In this document: positions 37,298 through 49,534 of the stretch, one piece after another | How the letters are laid out: each line of letters starts with the position of its first letter | Position numbering within the stretch: position 1 is the first letter of the stretch | Origin: Torpedo marmorata | Taxonomy: Eukaryota | DNA: 64,000 nucleotides | Direction of reading: 5' to 3' | Assembly: GCA_977017645.1 (NCBI GenBank) | Contig: OZ360229.1 | Coordinates: 78,182,001-78,246,000, forward strand | Translations under genes and position numbers: made by a program | The notes under the pieces: generated by a model | What the model was told of the DNA's origin: nothing | Databases searched by the model: none | Seen by the model: only the letters and a program-made list of their open reading frames with translations

Positions 37298-37318
37298 TTG
37301 GCTGCCCAGTGAACACTG
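37298..37318 (-). CDS. NCAM1: Candidate NCAM1 hinge microexon (MSD1a/12A position), 18 or 21 nt
   Basis: Very long pyrimidine tract (about 37335-37430), then gaag|cag|TGTTCACTGGGCAGCCAA|gtaagt. Frame-preserving phase 1-1; encodes LFTGQP (18 nt) or PVFTGQP (21 nt). First candidate after exon 12. Confidence 0.7.
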
Positions 37319-37734
37319 CTTCCATTGCGATGGACAGATGAGAAGAGAGAAAATAAAAAAAAAGTAAAAAGTGTGAAGATGGATGAAGTAGAACAAAGAC
37401 CAAAAGAATTAAAGATGAAAATGAAATGTTACCACAGAAACTGTGATGTGTTTACAAAGACAGATTCACTATTTGATTCCTAAAACAACTGAGTGCAGCT
37501 TTGAATGGCTGTAATATGACAGAGGGTGGATTTAATTTATCGTTGAATAATAGTTCACAAGACTCTGTTTAGTTACAAGCAAAACTCTGCAGCATCAGTG
37601 AAAACTCATTGTAACATTAGCCCTTTTCACCAGTCACTTTCTCCACATACTTCATTGGGCAGGACAGGTCACTTTCTGTGTCTGCAGCTTTCAGGTGTGA
37701 CAAGATGAACAATTAACTGGCATGGTTAGCGTTA

Positions 37735-37893
37735 GGGCGGCACCTTTAGCGTAGTGGTTAGTGCAACACTATTACAGCGCCAGCGCCCCGGGTTTGAATC
37801 TGCTACTGTCTGCAAGGAGTTTGTACGGTCTCCCTGTGTCTGCATGGGTTTTCTCCGGGTGCTCTGGTTTCCTCCCACCTTTCAAAACGTACA
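37735..37893 (+). mobile_element. V-SINE, 3'-truncated
   Basis: Head and V-domain only. Confidence 0.85.
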
Positions 37894-38986
37894 ATGATTT
37901 TCCTCCTATTCATCCCCACAACCAAAGCAGTCATCAGGTTAACACTGTGCAACTCTGAACCAATTTCTTTCCATCTGTAGTTCTCATTAACTGGGAGAGT
38001 GGATTAGCTGCTTCACTTTACTGGATTTATTTCACTAGATGCTTACACAGTTCACTAAAAGATGCTCAAGAGCACAAAATATACCCAGTAATGGTGCAGT
38101 GGTCACAAATGCTGAACTAATTTTCAATTACTTTTGTTCCTTGAGTGTTGAAAAGGTATCACAATTTATTCACTAGATAATTGCATTAGAACTTTTTAAA
38201 ATGTCCAATGTGAAGTGTAAAACCTTTTGGAGGCCCTCTCTCTAACACCTGAATGTGCACATCCTTGGTGTCTTTCTACACTTCTGTCAAACAAATTGAA
38301 CCAACAGTTTCCATCTAAGACAGAAATCAGAATTTGCAATGTCCTTCCTAAACACGAAACACAACGCAGTCCAATAACATCAGTGCTCACCAGTGAACTG
38401 AATTTCAAAAGGCTGCGCCTTGTGGAAGCAGCACGATGTTCCCATTTGCACATTTAAAGGATCGTATTGCTCGTGGCTAAGCCTGCTAAATTAGACATGA
38501 ATTTCTGGCCTGTAATCACCATCAATCTGCACTTCATTTTCAGAAACACTGACTTAGGGGAGGAGACTTTATCTTCCCTCTCAGGATTGTTAGAAAGCAG
38601 ATTTCCACAGGGCTAGCTTATCTACAACAGCTAAACTACCATCATTTGATGAGTCCCGATCAATAAGATTCTTTCAGCGTAATTAGGGAATGCCTTCTCA
38701 TGACAAAGACAGACTTCCCTCCAATCCACTGGCTCTGGCTTTCTCTTAACAGAAATGATCCTGCTATCTTCATAGGGCACACAATTTACATTGAAAAGCA
38801 TTCACCTAATTTCACCTTAAATAATGCAGTGAAAGTAGCAATTACACATTAGCAATATCTTTAAGGGTAATATATTAGAACAAGCTATATGAACACTGTG
38901 GTTCTTAGCTGTTGCTACGGTGCAACATTAGTTCAACAGAGAGGAGTTAACTCCATTTCAGAGTACCTGTACCTGTGACACTCTGT

Positions 38987-39574
38987 AGGCCCTTTTATAG
39001 TGCAAAAAAAGCGATTGTAAAGACAGAACATTTCTGTCTTTAAGTCGCTTCACTTACCTCCATTAAAGTTCCGATGGCGGATTGGTCAATCGAACTCCGA
39101 TCCGCCTAGGGGGGTTACACACAGAGGTGGAGTGAATCGCTCCACCTCCTCCATAAAACGAATACCGCTGAAAGTGGCTGCAAAGGGGAGGGCTGATGAC
39201 GTCGCGATGATGCCGTCAGCCCGCGACCCAGGAGCGTGAATTTAAAAAAACCCATATGGTTAATAGAGGCTATTATGCTGCGCAGGAGATCTGCCTGAGT
39301 CCTAAAACTGCCTGCACAGATCTCCACCAGCACTCTTACCTGCTCTTCGGTTGCCATTTTCGGGTATAGGCCGTTTTCCCTTCTCGTCATGGTGGCGGGC
39401 GGCGCTACTGCACCACTCGCCCCGCCTTCCTCAGATCGGGAAGCCAGCTCCCGACGCAGCTCAGCATAAAGGCAACGCTGGATACACCATATAGGTCGTC
39501 ACCATAAAAAGTAAATTCACTTTTTTTTTTTAACTTGAGCCGGCTTTATTGCGGTGTTTAAGCATAAAAAGGGT
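38987..39574. mobile_element. PIF/Harbinger-like element remnant
   Basis: TIR-like ggcccttttatag ... cataaaaagggt; minus ORF 39115..39390 contains TEEQVRVLVEI, reminiscent of the Harbinger Myb/SANT protein start. Confidence 0.55.
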
Positions 39575-39721
39575 TTGTGACTACAGAATGGTTCCTACAG
39601 TAACAGTCATTGAATACAATGATAAAGATAATGAGTCTAAAAGTTCAATTCCCCTTTTCTTATCTATGCCAGGCAGCTCTGCCACTATAAAAGTGGTGTG
39701 CTAAAACCATCATGTACTTAC

Positions 39722-39856
39722 GAACTTGCTGTGTCTTGAACTTAATGATCTGGCTGGCGTCACCAATTCCTTTTCCATTAATAGCAGATAACCGAAGGCT
39801 GTATGTAGTTTCTGGAGTCAGTCCACTGATGGTAATGACATTGTCTGAACCTAGAA
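39722..39856 (-). CDS. NCAM1: NCAM1 exon (exon 12 equivalent; FN1 C-terminal part); acceptor at 39856 or 39850
   Basis: (VL)GSDNVITISGLTPETTYSLRLSAINGKGIGDASQIIKFKTQQV, donor C|gtaagt. Two in-frame acceptors 6 nt apart (ctgtcag|ttctag|GT) give 135 or 129 nt. Confidence 0.94.
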
Positions 39857-40083
39857 CTGACAGAAATTAAAAACTGTGACGCACGTGTGCTTCAGAATGA
39901 CTGTGCTCTGACCAAATAAGTAGAAAAATTGTTGATGCTTAAATATTAACAAATTCAGGAAAATGTCTAAAAGTCATTAATGCGAGTATCCCTTGAGTAC
40001 TGGACAACATTTGTTTCTATTATGGCTTTTAGACATAAGTACCGAGAATTTCCCGTCATCAGTTTGCATACTTACCCTCCAGT

Positions 40084-40351
40084 GTGGCCGTTCACACAGG
40101 AAGGACGTTTACACTAACTTCCTACGTTGCGGTGATTTCGGAGGGTGGACGTCGTATTCATTAACCCATTGTTGCGGACCGCCTGCAGTTAAGTTTAGAC
40201 TGCAGGTAGTCCGCAAAAATGTCTAGGGCTGCTGCAGTAAAAATGTCGGGACGGAAATTAGTTACTAATTTCTGTCACGACCTTTTTACACAGCCAGCGT
40301 TGCGGTAAATTTGCGAGAATTTCCCGTTACGCAGCGGCTGTGTAAAAGTCA
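40084..40351. mobile_element. Harbinger-like MITE
   Basis: Imperfect TIRs tggccgttcacacag ... ctgtgtaaaagtca; several internal hairpins; CpG-rich relative to the flanks. Confidence 0.5.
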
Positions 40352-42857
40352 TATATAATTAACCCCTGTCGTTACCACTATCCAATTGTCCTCTGTCTGC
40401 TCATTACAGTCCAAGGACTTTAAGACAGCGTACAACATTCGGACAAACTATTTAACATGCATTCCAACTACCCAAGGAAGATGAATTTCCAGACACTGCT
40501 ATTCAGTTAATAACTACCCGTTAAACACCTTGCTGCATCCTATGACTGGAAACACACATCTCGTTTATTCATTTTCCTTTCTTTATGTTTTAATTAATTC
40601 TCAATTTCAGTGCAAAACAAGGTTTTCATTGCTTTCCCCATTTAAAAAAAAAGCAAAGAAAAAACAAAGACTAGTTAGTCTGAGAAGTGGAAAGCTTGCT
40701 GGGCTCGCTGGTGATCTCAGGGTCTACAACATCAATAAACCTCCACTGGGGAAAATGAACTGAAATAAATCTATCTCAACGTTTATGTCAATGGATTTGT
40801 AATTTTTCAATTGCAACTTTGTAGAAATAAAACAAACTATCTCAGGCATGAACAGTAATTTGAATGGATACCATGCTCCCTCTCAGCAGGTTACACAGCA
40901 GAGAGAGAAACAATTCCAATATTTCTGGTCAAATTACCAAGGAAGCCTGTTGTCCAGTTCCTCCTTTCCAAGGACAACCACGGCGGCTTGAACCTTTCCA
41001 CCAACCCCAGGTAGATTCAAGGACAGCTTCTTTCCACCACTATCAGACTCCTGGATGAACCCAGAATAGTAAATCATGTTGCCTTTGCTCCGTGCCAACT
41101 GATCTCTCTCTGTTACTCTGCACGTTTGTACCGTGTCTTACCTGATGTCCTGTGTACGAGATATCACTGTATGTGTGACAATAAACCTGAACTTTATTTC
41201 TCACTTGCTCAGGGTCAACAGGATTTCGGATCTGGTTCCAGTCACTGGAACCATTCATTAGACTGGAAGGATGCAACAAACTTGGATTTGGAGAAGCAAG
41301 ACCTTGACTTGGGAGGTACGTGTGTGTGCTGGGGCGTGTGCGCGCGGGCGTGCATATGTTTGTGTACATGTGTGCAGTTGATTTCACTAGAATTACTAAT
41401 GGGCACCAGCATAGTTCTCAGGAAATACACTGCAATCCAAAGTTAAAACTCTTCAAATTTAACCACTTTACTATTCATGGCTCAAAGGATCTGTTCAATT
41501 TAATTTTAGGGAAATTTCAAGATTCAAGGTATGATATCGGAAAATTCTGTGGACAACACAAGAATTTTACAGTGACACTGGCAGAAAGTTTGCATGGCAT
41601 CATAACTGAGGACAGTCAGGACATTACTTTCCATTCCTACATTTTAAATCTCTGTTCACCATTTCAGAATTTTTTTTTAGATCAAAACTTTCTTTCATCC
41701 TTCACGCCTCTGTGAAGCACGGAGGGAGAGAGCACATATCTCGAGAGTAAATGAAAGAACAGTGAGATGCATTGTATATTTTTAATACGAACTGTATTCA
41801 CAGTGCAGCTGGATTGAATTATGGGAACTGTTCTCGTTGCCAGAGACAAACCACCCAAGGGCTTCATATGGCATTTAATCAGATTCCCCAAATTAGTTCT
41901 TATTTTGGCTTTTAAACTCGTTTAACTTTATTGAAGATGTATATACTTAACTGATTTAAAACTGAAATAAGGGGCAACTTGTACAACACAACCTGCCTGA
42001 AATGCAAGGTAAGATTTCAGTTAGCAAGATTTGCTGCCAAGGAAAATATTTTAAATGAGCTGGAAAGGTCACTGAATTCAACAAGCATAAACCCTTCTGT
42101 ACAAGGTAACTGGTTTCCAGGTAAACCAGAGAACATTTTAAACCATGGACTTGTCCACATATCACTCTTGCTGTTTTAGATCAGTAAGTCATGCCACTCA
42201 GCCCTCATTATGACATGCACCTTTGCATCTACAGATTCTAAGGTTTATAATGCGGTGTCATTTCATGACCTGAACCACTGCCAACAAACCAAAGAAAAGT
42301 GGATGAGTAATTAAAACAGCTATGAAAGAGATACTATTATAAATACAGAGCTTTGTAACAATTATGAAGCTGTATTCCTTCCTTCGGAGACTCCTAACAA
42401 TATTTTGCTTTTATCCCTTGAGCATGGAAATATTGCCTTCCACTGTTGAACACTTTTTTTCCATGCAACTCAACTGAATTATGATGCAAGTTATATCCAT
42501 GTAAAATTCTCGAGTTGTTTCTTTTATCCATTATATGCTGTACCTTTGCAGTTTTTCAAGAATTATGTCATCATTTTGAAGACATTATCTCTTTTTTCCT
42601 TTATATATTCTACTGTGGCAATAAATAAATGTACATATTGAGAGGTTTTTATATTATCATAAAGCTTCTATAACACTCAGGTCCACATGGATAATATCTA
42701 CAGCCTCTCCTTCAACAATCTGCTTAAAAAGCTCAAGCAAATTAGTGAGGCAGGCTTTTCCCTGCATAGAGCCATGCTGACTATCCCTGATCAGTCCCTG
42801 CTTACCAAATGTATACAAATCCTATCTCTTTAGAATTCCTCCAATAATTCTCCGACT

Positions 42858-43190
42858 TCAAAGTTCAGATTTATGGTCAGAGTACATACATGAGATCACA
42901 TACAACCCTGAGATTCTTTTTCCTGCGGGCCAGGCAAAATGTGTCTTATTGGCAGTGCAAAAAACTGTACTCAAGAAAAGATATGGATATAAAAGAGAGA
43001 AATATAAAGAAAGAAATGAAAACAAACTGATTGTGCAATGCAGAAAATAAATATTCAATAATAATAATGTGCAAAGTAAGAGTCCTTAAATGAGTCTCTG
43101 ATTGAGTTTGTTGTTCAGGAGTCTGATGGCAGAGGGGTAGCAACTATTCCTGAAACTGGTGGTACGAGTCTTGTGGCACCTATACTTATA
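42858..43190 (-). mobile_element. Rex/L2-like LINE 3' fragment adjoining a CR1 RT fragment (42735-42850)
   Basis: RYRCHKTRTTSFRNSCYPSAIRLLN-like C-terminus and tctgaacttt tail. Confidence 0.7.
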
Positions 43191-43429
43191 CTTCTGATAC
43201 AAGGCTCATTGGTCAGTAGTTAGCTGGATTATCCCTGTGGCTAATAAAGAGAAAAATCATCATCTGGGCCCCAGCTATCTCCTTATTTTCATCCCTTAGC
43301 AACCGGGATAGATGGCTCACAGAAGAACCCTTCTCACAGTACCAGGCATTATGTTTCAGAAACAGAGTGAGATTTAGTGAGGCAATGGGGTGCCATAAAT
43401 AAAAGAAAAAAAAAAGTCCAAGTGTGCAT

Positions 43430-43747
43430 AAGCAAAAAAGCAGCCTCTATCTTCAAAGACCCCCACCACCCAGGCCATGCCCTCTTCACTCTGCTTCCAT
43501 CGGGAAAAAGGTACAGGAGCCTAAAGACGAGCACTCAACGGCACAAGGACAGCTTCTTCGCCGCTGCCATCAGATTCCTGAATAATCAATGAACCAAAGA
43601 CACTGCCTTACTTTTTGTGCACTGTTGTTTATAATTTTTTATAGTAATGTCGTTAGATGGTTAATATGAATGTTAACTGCACTATGATGCTGCCGCAAAA
43701 CACAGAATTTCATGACTTGTTCATGACAATAAATTCTGATTCTGATA
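43430..43747 (+). mobile_element. Rex/L2-like LINE 3' fragment
   Basis: KAASIFKDPHHPGHALFTLLPSGKRYRS...SFFAAAIRFLN; aataaa(ttctga)n tail. Confidence 0.85.
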
Positions 43748-43951
43748 AGGTGCGGAGTCAGACAGAGGGGCCAGGCTGACGAGCAGTGCAGGAGTTCCTG
43801 TGCCTGAGCATGGGTAAATTCTAAACATGGTGGGGAAACACTTCTGGTTCCAGTTCTGCTAAGTGATGGCAGATGATGCAGCATTTCTCACCTACAACAA
43901 GGCTGCTGCATCGCTGCTGGGATTTGCAACATTTCTCTGCACTATTATTCA

Positions 43952-44247
43952 GGGAAGGGGAATCTAAAACTAGAGGGTACAGATTCAAAGTGGGAGGCAA
44001 AATATTTAAAGGGGGTTTGAGGGTTCCCTTTACAACACAGAGAGTGGTGGGTCTCTGCAATGAGCTGCGATAAGAAGTGGTAGAGGTGAGTACAATTGTA
44101 ACCTTTAAATTAACCAGATACATACATAGGGAAGGTTCAGAGGGATATGGGCCAAATGCAGGCAAATTGGACTAGCGTGGGGTAGAAAACTTGGTTGGCA
44201 ATGGACAAGTTGGGTCTGTTCCCATGCTGTAGAGCTCTGCGATTCTC
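43952..44247 (+). mobile_element. CR1 3' fragment
   Basis: ESKTRGYRFKV...FTTQRVVGLCNEL. Confidence 0.75.
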
Positions 44248-44359
44248 CAATGGTATCTCCTCCTCCTGCGCTGCTCCAGAAGCCCCTTCACGAGATGAGT
44301 ATGTGGGAGAATCAATTCTTGGCCCATCACTTCATCTACCAGTTGTCATTCTAACTTAC

Positions 44360-44530
44360 CTTCCTTTGCGTCTGGTTTCTTGGTGGACCACTCAGCAGTG
44401 TCCTGGACCTTCCATTCAACCAGGTACTTCAGGACAGGGACCCCACCAGTCGACTCAGGTTCCTCGACCTCAATCTGTGCCGAGCTGGAATAGGGAATGG
44501 TATCCAGGATCGCAGGAGCAGATGGGGTCT
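44360..44530 (-). CDS. NCAM1: NCAM1 exon (exon 11 equivalent; FN1 N-terminal part)
   Basis: 171 nt, ttccag|AG ACC...GAA G|gtaagt. (E)TPSAPAILDTIPYSSSAQIEVEEPESTGGVPVLKYLVEWKVQDTAEWSTKKPDAKE; lies within ORF 44346..44591. Confidence 0.96.
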
Positions 44531-45023
44531 CTGGAACAATGAAAAAAAACATGAAATACACAAATTGCTGCCAAGAGTCTCCAAAACACACTTACATATT
44601 CTGATTTTTAACTCTTGCAGAAAGAACACCATCCACACAATTCCTTTCTTTCTCCCATCTTCTGCTGAAAACAGAATATATTTTCTTTTTTTTGGAAATA
44701 AGAAGTTGGTGTCTTGAGAAGCCTTCATCAATTAGCAGCTGTCTTCACCTCCAAAATGTGAAAACGAAGACACAAGAGACTGCAGCTGTTCTAATCTAGA
44801 GCGAAAGGTAATGGCACAGGCTGGTCTGTGAGAGCTCAATCAACCATGGTATAGGGGAAGACATGTTTTCCGGAAAAGGAGGACTTTTCAAAAGGAGGCA
44901 GACGCAATGTCCTACCAGGAGAGTCCTGCCTCTGGATCTGGGGCACCAGAAGGTCCTGTTTGTGGATCTTGGGCGAAAATACGATCATGAAAGAGAATTT
45001 GATTTTTGAATTAATTAAATAAA

Positions 45024-45257
45024 ATTAGACATACAGCACTGTAACAGGCCAATTCGGCCCTACGAGTCCGTGCCGCCCAATTTACACCCCATTAACCTAC
45101 ACCTCGGTACATTTTTGAAGGGTGGGAGGAAACCCACGCAGACACGGTGAGAACGTACAAACTCCTTACAGACAGCGCGGGATTCGAACGCAGGTCCGGT
45201 CCCGATCGCTGGCGCTGTAAAGGCGTGGCACTAACCGCTACGCCAACCGTGCTGCCC
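45024..45257 (-). mobile_element. V-SINE (HE1-like)
   Basis: Near-identical to 14511-14754. Confidence 0.9.
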
Positions 45258-45283
45258 AAAGTTTAATCCATTATTATCACGTA

Positions 45284-45914
45284 CCATACAGACTCGTGTA
45301 AAAGTTGATCTCATGTAAAAGTCGACTCCCTATATTTGGCCAAAATATCTGGACTTTTCCATATATCTCGTGTAAAAGTTGACCCTAGTCTCTCACCTCG
45401 GAGAGCTGGAGCTCCAGACGCCTTGGTTGCAAACTTTCGCCCTGGCCCTGATTGTTCGCAGGCCTGAGCTCCCGACACCTTGAACGCGGACTCTCACCTC
45501 GGCCCTGGCCACCCATAGGCCGGAGTTCTCGACGCCTCGAACGCGGACTCTCAGCTCGGCCCCCCACCCATCGGAGCTCACGATGTCTCGAACGCGGACT
45601 CTCGCCTCAGCCCTGGCTGCCCGTCGATCTGAGCTCCTGATGCCTCCGACTACACAGATACTTACCGCAGTCCTAACCTCCCCTGTGGTAGGACATGTGT
45701 TTTGATGCTCAGACTCTGTATTATTACTTTAATTCATTGTGTGTTTGTTCTTTATTCATTTAGAGATCATTTGGACTTTTGCTACTGATAGGGTATTTTA
45801 GATTCTAGTGTGAATATCAGCCCCTCAAAAATAGCATCCATGTAATAGTCGACCCCATAAATTTAACATTAAAAAATGGTCTAGAAAATTCGACTTTTAC
45901 ATGAGTATATTCGG
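45284..45914. mobile_element. Tigger/pogo-type MITE with internal GC-rich tandem repeats
   Basis: TA|ccatacagactcgtgtaaaagttga ... tcgacttttacatgagtatattcgg|TA; repeated tgtaaaagtcgac motifs; about 55-bp internal repeat containing gaacgcggactctc. Confidence 0.8.
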
Positions 45915-47174
45915 TATATTGTGATGCAGTTAAAAACTTTGTTTTGTGTGCTCTCCAGGTAAGTCAACCTCTACACAGCACAGCAGGTAGTGCAAGAATA
46001 AAACCAAGTGTTGCAATAAAACCAAAGTGCAGGGTGTAGTGTTAGAGAGAAAAGTTCCATTAAAATGTGCAAGCATCATATCATAGTAATGGGAGGTTTG
46101 TTCAAAAGTCTGATAATTGCAGGAAACAAACTGTCCTTGAATCTGGAGGTGCATGGTTTCAAATTCAAACAGAGCTCTGTGATAAGCAGGGAAATGATTT
46201 GGATTCTCAGAAACAGCCAACAAAACATTCTCCTAAAACCCTCAAAGAATGAGCCTTTGGCTTCAGGGGAGAATTCTTGTCCAAGTTAAAAGATGCAAAG
46301 TCCACTCTGCTACAGAGAGGCCCAGAGAACAAGCTCAGTTGACAACTCATGATACTCAAAGTCCAGTAGGTTAATGTGGCTGCTCATCCCATGGATCATA
46401 GCAGCCATACATAAATTTGAAGGCAGCGCACGCGCACACACAAAAGACTGCGTAATCGTCTGCAGTACAAAGTATCAAGCAACAAAGTAATGGTGCATCC
46501 ACGATCGGATTTGCAATGGACGAGTTTTGTTGGTCTTGCTGTTGAGATGCAATTTTTCTTCCTGACATGATTTATGTCGTACTGGTTTACTTATCAATTC
46601 AAGGTTCCATTGCACTGAAAGGTGGCCTCCACTCAAACTCGGAAGCTTCACCAAACATTTCCAACTGATAATCAGTTAATTCTGTACCCCTCCTGAGGTT
46701 ACTCTGCAAGATGCACTTTCCTGATATAGACGGGCACATTATCTGCTTCCACGGGGTTTAGTATTTAGTTCAGGTAGGGTGCCGTGTGTTTAGGCAGCTC
46801 ACATCCTTTAATTACACAAGGAAATAAGCTCTCCAGATCCAAAAAGGCTGTTCATTCGATGGACTGTCAATTCTGCAAACAATTACCAGCAAATGAGGCC
46901 TCATCAAATAATTAGATTCCATTTATTCCAAGCACAATTTTTCTAAAAATAGCTTTTGCACTCTTGTGTGATTTTGACTCCTGCAATGAGATGAGGGTTT
47001 ATTGTCGTTACACATGTGCAGATATGGAACCACAAACTAATTCACACCACCTACTGTGCTATTGAAACATCTCTTCTTTTCGTGCAATAACTGCAACTAC
47101 GATTATTTATTTATCTATCCTTTTAAATTTATTATCTCTTTTTCTGTCTTGGCGCATTGTGGTAATTTAGTTCA

Positions 47175-47422
47175 TATACATCCCTCCTCCCCCTGCTTGC
47201 TGGTGTGCTCCCCCTCCCTTATCCACCTATTACCTTCTGTCTGTGGGCCTGTGCTCCTCCCACTGCCCCTCCCCCCCATATCATTTTGTTCAGGCACCTG
47301 CCTTACATTTTGCCCATACGTTGATGAAGGCTCAAGCCCTAAACGTTGGTTATGTATCTTCATCTTTGCTTATCTAAAATATGCTGTTTGACCTGCTGAG
47401 TTTCCCCAGCTTTGTGCTTTTA
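47175..47422 (+). mobile_element. Penelope-derived repeat
   Basis: Same sequence as the element split by L1 at 16470-16705/19263-19378, but uninterrupted. Confidence 0.75.
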
Positions 47423-47641
47423 CAAGATTTTCAGGCTGAGATTGACAGAGAATGCCCCTGGTTCCTCACAATCTGCATGTTCAAAATGGACAGGAGTGCA
47501 AAACAAGCAAAACCATGAATAAATAAATCTCATTACCAATGGAATGTTTTTGTGGATTCTATCTTCCAGGCAGATGCAAGTAAATGTCTCATCAAAAACA
47601 TGCAAAGGTAGATGGATGTTTGGTTCTGGCTTCACAAGCTA

Positions 47642-48391
47642 CCGTATTTGATGGCATATAAGACCCACAGGCATATAAGAACCCCCCCCCCCATTTCAGC
47701 AGGGACTATTAAGAATTATTTTTTTTTAGTGTATTTACAGGTAAGCATTTAATGTTATTGAAATATGTAACTACAGTATAGCAGAAAAAAAACTTGGACA
47801 AAACATGCAACTAGGACAACAGGAAAAAATCTTTTTAATAATAATACTGCTGTAATTTACAAGAGAAAACAAAAACAGCTTAGCTATAGCAGAAAACATT
47901 TTATAAAAACAAACTGCCGCTGTCGGTCCCCACGCTGGTCCTGCTGCCCTGCTCTCTCCCGGCGGCCCGCTGTCCCGCTCTCTCCCGGCGGCCCGCTGTT
48001 GATCCCGGCGCTGGTCCCACTGCCCTGCTCTCTCCCGGGGGGGGGGGAGCGGGGCGGTAGGATCAGTGTGGGGACTGGTGGCGGGCTGTCGGGGGGGAGC
48101 GGGGTGGTGGGATCAGTGTGGGGACTGGTGGCGGGCTGTCGGGGCGGCGGGACCAGTGCCGGGAGAGTCTCCCGACAGCCCGCCACCAGCCCCCACCGCC
48201 CTGCTCCCCCCACCGACACCAGCCCCCAACGATAGATGGCGGTGATTCTAGTGAGCCACGCAGCGACAATGATCACTGTTGGCATTACTCACCATTATCA
48301 CCCTAATTTCAACTTCGCATATAAGACCCGGGGGATATTTTTGAGCCATTTTTTTGGGAAAAAAGTGAGTCTTATATGCCATCAAAGATGG
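47642..48391. mobile_element. Tigger/pogo-type MITE
   Basis: TA|ccgtatttgatggcatataagac ... gtcttatatgccatcaaagatgg|TA; repeated gcatataagaccc motifs; GC-rich core. Confidence 0.85.
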
Positions 48392-48689
48392 TAACTGCAG
48401 TCTCTTTGTACGATGGATTGAAGGGCATAGATGTAATTCCAGCCTGATGTCATGGTTTTATCAGGTAGCTACCTCCAGGGAAGTAGAACAAACAGTTGCA
48501 ATCTTCTCAGGAGCTTTACCTGTGATTATATGAGACCCCATGGGAAATTAAATTGGAGAGGAAGCACAGAGGGACAAATAGGCAACAGTTTACCACTGTT
48601 TCACAATTCATCACTTTCAATCTCATCAAAGGTCACTTTTTACACTGTGTCCTCCAGCGTTGGTAGAAACCTGTTCTACTAAGTTGAAC

Positions 48690-49300
48690 GCATGCAGTAA
48701 ATGCCTTTATTTCCTCTGCCTCTGTGGTCTCCTCTACATCAGGAAGACTGGGCGCAGACTGGGAGATCGCCTTGTTGAGAACCTCGGCTCTGTCCACCGC
48801 AATAGCGTGGATCTCCCAGCGGCCACCCATTTCAATTCCCCATCCCATTCCCTTGCTGACATGATTGTCCATGGTCTCATACACTGCCAGACTGAGACCA
48901 GCAGCAAATTGGAGGAACAACACTTCATCTTCCGTCTGGGCACCCTCCAACCAGATGGAATTAACATCAACTTTTCCGATTTCCGTTAAACTCCCCTCGC
49001 ACCCCCTCTTCTTCCCCCTGTCGCCTTTTCCCCAGCTCGGTCTCTCTCTCTTCCTTTTTCTCTTTGTCTCTTTTCACAGAGCCAAAATCAATTCTCACCC
49101 TTCCTCTTATCATATCCAATTAACAATTTTGACTGTTGTTCTGGACTCCTCCCCCTGCCATTCTTCAGTCTTTATTCAGATGCCTTCCTGTTTTTGCTTA
49201 CACCTTGAAGAAGGGCTCAGGCCAGTAATATATCTTTACCTCCTATGGTCGCTGCAAGACCGGCTGAGTTCCTCCAGCATTTTTGTGTTTTTTTTTTACA
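48690..49300 (+). mobile_element. Penelope-like element, GIY-YIG endonuclease end plus 3' region
   Basis: ORF 48660..48989: CGLLYIRKTGRRLGDRLVE...PAATHFNSPSHS...KLEEQHFIFRLGTLQPDGINI, typical of the PLE GIY-YIG C-terminus. Confidence 0.85.
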
Positions 49301-49534
49301 ATAACTGATACAGCCTAACTCCATCTCCAGAAGGAGCTCTCAATGCAGCAGCGTGATGATTTCCCATTTTAATTAATCTCTTCGAATTCTTCCCCAATTT
49401 AGTGCCAATCTGGTCGGAGACTGAATTCTGATTTGAGAGAGTTCATTAACATACTGTGGAAATGTTTATCACGTCTGAGAAATGCCATAACAGTAGTGGG
49501 CTGGGTATCACATAACAATGAGATGGATGACAGG

